Positions 1-9,600 of a DNA stretch of 13,793 bases are shown here, in pieces. A program made the translations under genes and the position numbers. Below the pieces are notes generated by a model. That model had not been told where the DNA came from. It saw nothing but the letters and a program-made list of their open reading frames with translations, and made no database searches. Position 1 is the stretch's first letter, and each line of letters begins with the position of its first letter. The stretch is from Thermotogota bacterium (GTDB lineage: Bacteria; Bipolaricaulota; Bipolaricaulia; UBA7950; UBA9294), in assembly GCA_039679545.1 (NCBI GenBank), contig JBDKUT010000036.1:1-13793 (forward strand), given 5' to 3'.

Positions 1-51
1 CGAGGCGCCTAATGGTGGCCGAGCCGCTAGATGCGCTCGAACGAATACCAT

Positions 52-60
52 TAGGAGGTG
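52..60 (+). promoter_or_regulatory. Shine-Dalgarno ribosome-binding site of the 68-532 gene
   Basis: TAGGAGGTG at 52-60 (core AGGAGGT), separated by 7 nt from the ATG at 68. Confidence 0.9.
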
Positions 61-67
61 CTCTCGG

Positions 68-532
68 ATGAGGATCAGTAAGGGTTTCGGTATTGCGATG
101 GCGATCGTGGCGTCGGTCGTTGGACTGGCAGTGGGCGTGTCGGCGAGTTCAGACTCGGTGTCGGTGAACGCCTCGTTCTCGATCCTGTCGTGGATCTCCC
201 TCTCGGTCGTCGGCAACGGCGACGTGAGCTTCGGTGACATCACCGGAGTGGGAAGCTACAAGGGGTCAAACGGCACAGAGATGCTCGTCCTGAGCACAAC
301 CACCTGGTCACTGTCGAACACGATTCTGTGGGCACAGTCGACGCTTCCAAAGGGTGCGAGCCAGAAGACGATCGAAAGCGTACTAGCTCTGACGTTCGAC
401 CGAACATCGGGGACGTGGGGCGTTCACGATGTGAACGTGTCCTACGAGATGACGCTCAACGAGAGCGATCTGGCGACACTGCCGGAAGGGAACTACAACC
501 TGGTCATTCAGTACACTGCGACGACGGACTAG
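68..532 (+). CDS. Small secreted beta-rich protein (154 aa), putative pilin/fibre subunit-like
   Basis: Strong RBS. Sec-type signal peptide: basic MRISK, hydrophobic core, V-S-A|S cleavage at about aa 26. The mature part is Ser/Thr/Val-rich with no Cys, begins with an alternating strand (SVSVNASFSILSWISLSV), contains VSFGDI, and ends LPEGNYNLVIQYTATT. A hairpin follows. The gene call is strong; the pilin-like function is inference. Confidence 0.85.
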   Translation: MRISKGFGIAMAIVASVVGLAVGVSASSDSVSVNASFSILSWISLSVVGNGDVSFGDITGVGSYKGSNGTEMLVLSTTTWSLSNTILWAQSTLPKGASQKTIESVLALTFDRTSGTWGVHDVNVSYEMTLNESDLATLPEGNYNLVIQYTATTD

Positions 533-562
533 TCACGGCGCTGGAGCGTACCCAGAGATGCA

Positions 563-595
563 TGAAGCGGGGGCGGGAAACCCGCCCCCGCTTCA
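563..595. terminator. Putative bidirectional terminator hairpin between the convergent genes
   Basis: Perfect 15-bp inverted repeat TGAAGCGGGGGCGGG (563-577) / CCCGCCCCCGCTTCA (581-595) with an AAA loop. It lies 30 nt after the + gene stop and 44 nt past the - gene stop. No clear U-tract on either side. Confidence 0.75.
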
Positions 596-639
596 CCTCA
601 ACTCCAATCTCAGTTCACACCGCGCTCGGAGCGCTTCCC

Positions 640-3600
640 CTACGGAGTCCACGGAACCACGCGTCCACTCGGGTCGGTCCACTCTCCACCAATCGAGTTC
701 GTCCACTCTCCTCCAAACCACCACATCAAGTACTCGATGCGGGCCGCGCGGTCCAGCCGCGAGATCTCGAACCGAAGCGGAGTGGACGCCGGCGGATCCA
801 GGAGAATCCATTCTCCTCGCTTGTTCTCGAGTCGGGCAGACCCGGGAACGTAGGCGAGGCCTGACGCACAGTCGATCGACAGGGATCGGACGGGTCCAAG
901 GCGTGCCGGCACGGAGAGATCGACCGTGAACAACAGGAACCCATCCTTCATGTCGGGCGCACCCACGACGGGAGTTCGCCTCCACCCGCCAACCGACGTC
1001 TCCCGCCCGAACACGGGGGCGATGTGGGTCGGGGCGCGAACAAGTGTCCCTCGGCCGTACCCCGTGGGCGGCGCCACGAGCTGCATCCTCCCTGCCTCGA
1101 CGACGGCTTCGAAGGCACGGTCGACGACGCCGGGAAGCGCCAGGCCAAGGGCGGTCAGGGTCGAGAGCGCGTCGAGAAGCACGGCCGTCTTCCGCGGCGA
1201 GAACGTCCACTCCGATGGGGTAAGCGTCTGATCGCCGGGAAGTCCGTAGAGCGATGACCAGAAGCGCTCGTGAATGGCACTCCACAGCGCACTGATCGCC
1301 GTTGCGGGAATCGACGCGTCGGAGAGCGACGCCGAGTAGAGAAGGACGCGCAGCAAGGCCATCGCTTCCGCCGCGTCGCTCGGGACGGGTGCCACCGCGG
1401 CGACGCGGCAGAGGTCGCCCAATCGCGCCGCGGCCGGGGCCGAGCGGGTCGACGAGCCGCGCGCAATCTCGAAGAACGCGCGCGCAACGAGTTCCAGGTC
1501 CATCCACACAGCAGCCGACGCCGCGTCGGAAGGAAGGAGAGCCGCGTACGTCCCCGGCTCCGAAAGGCCGTGCTCGACGATCCGGTCGAACGTCGCCTCA
1601 AGCAGCCGATCGACGGTCTCGCCGTCGCCTCGGGTCTCCCGAAGGAGCTCGAGTCCCCACAGGAGCGACGCCTGGCCGTACAAGTCGCTCGCCCAGCCAT
1701 CGACGACGGATTCCACCGGCGGAACCCCGGCAACGACCCGGATCGACTGCGGCACGTACTTCGCCGCGTCCTCCGCCCCAACTCGGTGTTCATCGATCCA
1801 CACGAGCTGGAAGTCGACGATGTCACTCACAAGCCTCTTCACGGCCTGCGATCCCGCGTCGCTCTCCGCAGCGTAGGCGCGCAGGGCCGCCGCCTCCATG
1901 GCGAGCGTCTGGCCGAGCGCCGCCGCCGTGATGGCCGCGTCCTTGGCTCGGAACCCGCTCTCGATTCCGAGGACGGGCTCCCCGCCTCGGAACGGAATCA
2001 GGAGAACATCGTCAAGAGCTCTCGTTCCACCGCACGGCCCACCGGACACGGCGGCAAGATCCTCCCCGATCACGGCCGGGCTTCCGCCGACCCCGCGATA
2101 TGTCAGGCCGAGCTCCGAGTCCACGAGAAGCGTCGCGAGGTTGCCAAACGCGTACTCTAGGCCGCGGGGCTCGTTCGACCATCCGGCGTCGGACATCCCC
2201 GTCAGGATCGCGGACAGGTACATGGCCTCCGCCGTATCGTAGTCCGGTAGGTCAACCCACCAGGCTGCCTTGCGGGACTCCGCCGGAGGGTCCTCCAGGC
2301 GCGTCTCGACGCACGCGCGGCGCGGCTTCTGCTCGACGCCGCTGTCGCTTCGGTACGAGAGGGTCGCGCAGTTCTCGTAGACAGCGCCCGGAGGGGCGTC
2401 CGTGGGGATCCGACCGAGGATCGTCCACGATCTCGCCTCGCCTGGCCCAAGCGAGTCCGCTGGCCACGAGAGGGTTGCTCCAATCGGCGTCCCGACCGGA
2501 TCCAGCACGACGAGGCTTTCGGGAAGCGCGTCCGCGAAAACGAGATCGGTCCAGGTCGACTCGGTCGGGTTGTCGGCCGTGATCCGATATCGGACGAGAT
2601 CTCCGGGCCGAGCATAGTCTGCGCCGACGACGCCGCGAACCGGGCGGAGGCAGACGCGGCGATCGAACACGGGGGCGTACTCCGTGCCGCCCCCGTTCTC
2701 CCGTCGTTGTGAGAGCGACGACAGCTGCATCTTCGCTGCATCCGCCCAGCGCAGAAAGCTTGACCGCATCTTGGTTTCAACATCCGCTGCGCGCCCGATG
2801 CCGAGAAGTGCCGCAAACCGCGCGTGCGATCCCACCAGGAGTCCGAGATCGAAGGGCGTGTAGCACCAGGACAGGGCGTCGGCGGACGCTCGGTACATCC
2901 CGGACTCTTCGTCCCAGTCCAACTCGACCAGTCGGCCGAACGCCGCGCACGCCTGCTCCTCCCAACGGGGGTCGCCGAGCGCCTCGTACCCCGCAACAAA
3001 GGCGCGCAGGGCGGCGAGCCGCGAGGTGAGCCCGCCGATCTCGCACGAGCCCTCCGTCTCCTGGCCCACCCGCCCCGCCAGGTGCTCAAGCAGGAGCGGG
3101 ACGAGTCCTCGCGCCCACCGAGTCTCGTCGGTTCGCCCTGCGGCGAGAGGAGACCGGGTGAAGTCGAGGAGCGCCGGAACCGCCAATGCAAGAGTCGTTT
3201 CGTCGACTCGCACCTCGAGGATCCATGCCCGCGACGTCCGCCGGATCTCGTCCAACAGCGTTCCCGTCGACGAGTCGAGGTGAAGCATGAGCGTAGCCAG
3301 AACGGCATCCGTGGCGTCCGCCAGCCGCGCGCCCACGTCGGCCCCCGTGCGCCCCTGCGCGGCGAGCCACGGGCCGACGTCGGGGCGCGAGACCAGGGAA
3401 GCAAGCTCGGAGAGTCCCCACAGGAGCGCGGTTTGGTCGAAGAGACTGCTCTGCGACTCGTCGAGGGTCACTCGCCAGACGCCGTCGACGTGTTCCGCTA
3501 GCACGGCCCGCGGCACGTAGCGCGCCCCCAGGGCGGCTTCGGCCGCGTCAAGGATGGCTCCCACGGCATCCAGCGTCTCGAGAGCGGACTCGAGCAGGAT

Positions 3601-6600
3601 CTCCTCAGAGATTTGCTCCGAGTCTGTTCTCAGGCCTCGGTCTGCGAACTCCGCTAGCTCTTGTGCTTCCCGGAGGAGCGTCATGCCGAGCGCAGATCCG
3701 GTCCGCCGAAGGTCGAACGTCGCCGCGTCCCAGGCGAGCGAGGTGTCCTCGACCAGGCCGGGATCGCCTCCGGCGTACGGCGTCGACACGGGGCGAAGCG
3801 CGGAGGTTGCAACCCCCGCCGCGTCCGCGCGGGCGCGCCACGCGGAGGCTCCTCCGAGCGGTTGTCCAAGGCCGGCGTGGAGGATCGCGGCGGCGAGGTT
3901 CGCGTCCGCGTAATCCGCGGCCCATTTGGCCGCGCTCTCGATCTCGTATCCCGCGTACATCGCCCAGTCCGTCTGGTAGTAGACGTCCCTCTCATCGACG
4001 GCGAGGCCGACGCACGGGTTCTCACCCATCGCGCCTTTCGCGTAGCAGAGACGGTCTTTGAACACGAACGCCCATCCACGCGGTGCGTCGAACACCCGAG
4101 CGGGCGCGAAGGATCCCGTGCCATCTCCGACGAACGTTCCCGCACCGCCTTGGGGTATGGCGTTGGCGAGGTGCAGGGCGGCCGAGTTGACGACCGCTCG
4201 CACGTGGCTTGCCAGTCTCGCGAGGACGCGATCGGCCTCACCTCGCGGCAGCACGGTCGCGGCGTCGCGGAGCGCACCAACCACGAGGCCAAGATCGAGC
4301 GGCGTGAGGCATACCCCAGCGCCGGTCTTTTCGGACTCCTCGACGTACGCGCCGAAGGCGTCGTCCCAGAAACCGCGACCAACGGCCTCGAGGACTCGCA
4401 CCGCCGTAGTCTCGTACGCAGAGACGCCAAGGACTCGCGAGGCTGCGAGAAGACCCCGAACGGCCGCACACGCGTTGGCGACGTCCGTCCCGGACGTCGT
4501 GGAATCGAGGTGCCCGTCCAAGCCGACTCGTCCGGAGAGCTGGATCGCAGCGTGTGCTGCGAGCCGTTCCGTGGCCGGATACGATTCAAGAACCCTCGAC
4601 ACGTCGTTCAGGGCACCCAAGAGAAGCCCGAGGGTGGTTGTTCGGACTGAGGCGCCTTCCCCATCCGTTGTCGACTCCCGCAGCGCCCCGTCGAAACCGC
4701 GCAAGCTTCGGCTGGTTCCGTCAAGGACTCGTTCCAGTTCCTTGCGCGCATCCCGCGCATCGCCGGCGAGCGAGCCGAGGGCGCTCGGCCACGGGGAAGG
4801 AGTGAGTTCCGCGAATTCGACGAACGCGGTGAGGCCCCAGGCAAGAGCGACCTGATCGATAAGGTCGACGCGTGGCTCGACGACTGTGTACGCAACGCGG
4901 CGGCCGCTCCACGTCGCCGTGTAGGCGTGAGCGAGCAGGCCGTTCGCCGACCCCGGAGCCGCTCGCAGCTCGGCAAGACTCGCGATCTTGTTCCGCATCG
5001 CCTCGACGACAACGCACCCCAAGTAACGGTCCTGCGGCAGTTTGCTCTCAAGGAGACGACGTGCCTCAAGAGCCTGGGCCAGTAGTCCCATCCCGACGGC
5101 GCTTGGCGTGATGCGCCGATCGTAGATCTCCCACTCACCCGTCGGCCAAGGGTTCGTTCCGACGTCTCGGGAAGCGAACCTCGGGTCCCCTGCGGCATAC
5201 TCGAGCACCGTCCACCGTTCGTCGGACGGGCGCTCCGCCGGGTCGAGCCCGACGGCCCGAGCGAACTCGTTCAGCCTTTGCTCGAGTGCGATCTCTGCGT
5301 CGGCCGCATCGCGGAACCGCGGCCCGACCGCGAGAGGAACTCCCATACCCGAGCCGGCCTCGACCTCGATCAGGTTCTCGAATGCGACGCGACGAGCCTC
5401 GACGGCCACATCGCGCAGCCACGTCGGAAGCAGAGTCTCGCGTGCCAGCTCGGGGCCGGTCGCGGACCGTGCGAGCCACGCGAGCTCGGACGCCGCATAG
5501 AGAGCGATGTCCGTCTGGAACCACACGTCATCCCCGAGCGGCTCCACCTGCCGACACGGGGTTCCGCCCAAACGCTCCACGTCCTTCCGAAGGATCGGAG
5601 CCTCGATAAGACCTCCCTCGCCCTGAAGGAGCGAGGACCTCGTCGTCAAGAGGAGATCCGAACTGTCGTCGTCGTCGATGTCTCCAGGAACTCCGCGGCT
5701 CTGGTCGGTCGGAATCGGCGCTCCCGCCTCGTCCTCTCCGCGCGCCTGCATCCGGTTCACGAGGGTCTCTCCGTCGAGGATGCCCTCGGCAACGACCGCC
5801 TCGAACGTGAGTCGGATCGACTCGCCGGCGCGCAGCGTCGCGAGAAGGTTCCACTCGAGTTCAGGTCCCGGAATCCCGGAAGCATCGTCGAACCACGCTC
5901 CGAGCGGCCACCGAGCGGACGTTGTCCCCGCGACACATCCCATCTCGGGCGGCAGGCTGTCCGTCACGATCACGCCATAGGCCGTCCCGGTTCCGACGTT
6001 GCGTACGACAAGTTCGAACGTCACGCGGTCTCCCGGCTCGACGATGGTGCCGAACGCGGTCTCTTCGCCGCGGACGATGCGAGCGACGCTCTTCTCGGTG
6101 ACAAGGGCCGGGATCATCGCGGTGGCGAGAACGTCAGGGGCGACAGAGAGCCTTACGCTGTCTGCGTCGTCGGCATCATCGTCGGCGGGGACGTCGGCGG
6201 CGTTGTCCGGAGGAATCGGCATGCCGGACCCGTCGACACCGCTGGCTCGAACGACGTTCAGAAGCGTGGCGCTTCGCGCCGCGTCGTTCGTAACGCGGAC
6301 GTCGAAGGTCACGAAGAGGTCGTCTCCTCCCTCGAGGGTCGCCGCCAGATTCCACGCGAGGGTCGGGCCCGTCCCGCCCGAGGGGTCGGTCGCCACCGAG
6401 CCCTCCGGCCACGTTGCGAGGCTCGGACCTTGGTAGACGAGGCCGACGGGGAGCGAGTCTGCGATGTTGACGGAGTAGGCGCTCCCCCGCCCGACGTTCG
6501 ACACCCGGACTCGATACGTGATGACGTCGCCCGGGCGAACCGGCGTCGCGGAGTCTACGGACGCCCCATCGCGAACGATGTCGGCAACGATCTTTTCTGT

Positions 6601-9600
6601 CACCAGCGCGGGCTCGACCACTGAAATCGTCTCGGTTCCGACGTCGTCGGCGTCCCGATCGTCCTCGTCGTCGTCGAACGTGTCCCCGACGGTCGGGTTC
6701 GCGGGAGGAATCGGCACGCCGCCGACGTCACGCCCGAGGGCCCGCGCCTCGTTCACCAGGGCGTCGCCTTGGGAGACGTCGCCGGTGACCCGGACCCGAT
6801 ACGTCGCCGTCAGGGTCCCCCCGCGACCCACGCGCGCCCCAAGCGACGCTTCGACCGACCCGGTCGCTCCGTCGGCGAAGCCGAGCGCCGTCGTCCCCGT
6901 CGCAGGAAGGTCGACCGTGAACGTCCCAACGCCGTACGCAGCCTCCATCTCGATCCCCGGCGGCAGCAGATCGACGAACCCCACGTCGTACGCGTCGTCG
7001 GTCCCGACGTTGCGGATCGTGAAGCGATACACCATCACGTCGCCCGGTTCCACAGGACCGGCGGCACCGATCGAAACGCCCCGACGCTCGATGTCAAGCG
7101 TCTCCTTGTTGACGGCGAGGGCCGGCATCCCGACGCGAATCGGGGCGACCCCGGTGTCGTCGGCGTCGGCATCCTCCACATCGTCGTCGGACACGTCGCC
7201 GACGACCGAGTTCGCGTCCGAGATCTCGACGCCTGCGCCGTTGAACCCTTCGGCCTCGGCCACGTTCTCGAGCGAGACGCCGGTCTCCGCCGCGTCGGTG
7301 ATCCGCGCAGCGTAGGTCGCGGCGAGCTGCGCTCCCCCATCGATCGTTGCGTCCATCGAGGTCGTGAACGAGGTCGCGCCGTCGGGAACCGACAACCCTC
7401 CGGCCGCGCTCGGTGCGCTGACCGCGTACGAACCGCCGCCGTACGGGGCCGCGGTCTCGTACTCGAAGCCCGGCGGCAACTCGTCGCGGAAGTCGACGTT
7501 GTACGCGGCTCCGTTTCCAACGTTGCGAATGGTGAATCGGTAGGTCACGACGTCGCCGGGCACGGCGGCGGGGATCGCCCCGAGACTGACTCCGTCGCGG
7601 TGCACGTCGACGATGACCTTGTCCACCGACAGCGCCGGGATGATGCCGGGGAGACTTACGGCGCTCGCGTCGTCCGCGTCGGTGTCGTCGGGAGCCTCGT
7701 CCGACCGATCGGTCGACGTCGGAGCGCCGGTCGCGTCGTTGCTCGCCGCGGACATCGCGTTGACGTAGACCGACCCTTGCAGGACGGAGCCCACCAACGC
7801 GTCGAACTCCAGAGCAATCGCCTCACCCCATCCAAGCGTGACAGACAGCGGCCACGCAAGGGACGGCCCTGGAGCCCCGACTGGGTCCGACGTCGCCAAT
7901 CCATCTGGCCACAATGCGGTCGTCGATCCCCCAACGAAGGAGAGCGGCGGCGGAAGCTCGTCCTCAAGGCCAACGTTGAACGCGGTACCTCGCCCGACAT
8001 TCGCGACGGTGAGCCGGTACGTGACGACGTCGCCCGGCGCAATGGGGCCGGCCGTCGAGATCGGCTCCCCCTCACGGACGATGGACGCGACGCTCTTCGT
8101 GGTGACGAGAGCCGGTCGCGCAGGAAGGAGCGTGGCCTCGCTCGCGTCGTCGCCGTCCGTATCGCTCGGCACGTCGGATGAGTTGTCGGCGGGGATCGGC
8201 GTTCCGCTTCCGTCAACGCCGATCGCAGAGAGGACGTTCGTGTACGGGCCGATCTCGTCTACGCCGGACGTGAGGAGTCCTTCGAACGTCAGCGTGAGGG
8301 CGCCTCCCGGCGGCAACTCCGCCCCAAGCTCGAAGTGAAGCTCCGACCCGGACCCTCCGAGCGGATCTGCCACCGACGCGCCGCTCGGCCACACAGCACT
8401 CGTCGACCCGACGACGTAGGCGAATCCGTCGGGGAGCGCGTCCACAAGGCCGACAGCGTACGCGGTTCCCCCACCCACGTTCGTCACGTGAACCTCGTAC
8501 CTCACGCGGTCGCCCGGCGCGACGCGGCTTGTGGCAGGGATCGTGACGCCGTCACGCAGGATCGAGGCGACGGACTTCGCCGTGACGAGCGCCGGCTCCA
8601 CGGCGCGCAAGGACACCGCGCTCTGGTCGTCTCGGTCGACGTCCGCCGGCACGGTCGTCGACGCGTCGGCGGGGATCGGCGCGCCGGTCCCCTCGCTCCC
8701 CGTCGCACTCATCACGTTGACGTACTCCGCGTTCGGCGACACGTCGCTCCCGACGACCACGTCGTAGACAAGCGAGGCCGTCTCACCCGCAGCAAGGGTC
8801 GCGGCAAGGCCGAAGGTGAGGTTCGGTCCGACTCCCCCCGCGGGATCGGCCGTCGACGCCCCCTGCGGCCAGGCCGCGTGGGTCGATGCGGGGACGTACG
8901 AGAAGGAGTCGGGAAGCGCGTCCTCGATGCCGACGTAGAAGGCGGTTCCGCCCCCGACGTTCGCCACGGTGAGTCGATAGGTCACGACGTCGCCCGGCTC
9001 GACCGGTCCACTCGCGCTGACCGATGCAGCGCCGCGCTGAATGGCTGCGACCGTCTTCGTCGTCACGAGCGCCGGGCACGGGCACGTGGCCCACACCTCG
9101 GCCTCGTTGTTCGTCTCGTTGCACTCACAGAAGGCAGCCGCACCGTCTGCCACGACCCGCATCGAGTGGGGCGTCCCGCACGGAAGGGCCTGCGTCTCGA
9201 ACGTCAGGCTCGCCGAGGCGCCGGCAGCGAGGGCCTGCGTTCGCTCCTCCCGCCGGACGCCGTCGACGTAGAGCACGACAGCGATGTCCGTCTGCGCCTG
9301 GCCGCCGACGTTGTCCAGGTTCACCTCAACGTCGAACGTGTCGTCGCCGCGGCACGCGGCGACGAGGTCCGAGAACGTTGCGTCAGGGTCGGCGACGGAG
9401 AAGTCGACGACCTGCACGTTGTTGCCGTCATCGCACTCGCAGACCGCACCCGCCGGATCGACAGCAATGGTGAGCCGATGACTGCCGCAGGACAGCACCT
9501 CGTTCAGGTTGACGCTGACAACCTCGCTTCCGCCGGCCCCAAGAGATCCGACGGTCTGGGCTTGCCCCAACGCGTCGCCGGTGACCCGAACGACCACCCC

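Noticed and set aside
1..51. Possible promoter or end of an upstream gene
   Set aside because: Too little sequence, and no convincing -35/-10 pair.
80..145. KG|F at the N-terminus of the small protein as a class III (type IV prepilin) cleavage site
   Set aside because: It lacks the Glu at +5 (FGIAM), and a good signal peptidase I site (VSA|S) follows the hydrophobic core. Not fully excluded.
622..634. Small palindrome GCGCTCGGAGCGC just past the giant gene's stop
   Set aside because: A stem of only 5-6 bp is expected by chance at this GC content.
328..1507. ORFs 328-864 (+), 558-929 (+) and 593-1507 (-) crossing the intergenic region
   Set aside because: They overlap the real genes and run into or across the hairpin, with no convincing RBS or protein-like composition.
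991..5529. Assigning H1-H3 to a specific enzyme family (GH76, GH88, cellobiose 2-epimerase, YyaL)
   Set aside because: Only generic helical-barrel-like motifs are visible and I cannot identify family-defining catalytic residues. A profile search is needed.
5599..9075. About 480-513 nt periodicity as a CRISPR array, DGR template/variable pair or recent DNA tandem repeat
   Set aside because: Similarity is at the protein level with only short exact DNA matches. There are no identical repeats with spacers, no adenine-specific variant pair and no reverse transcriptase.
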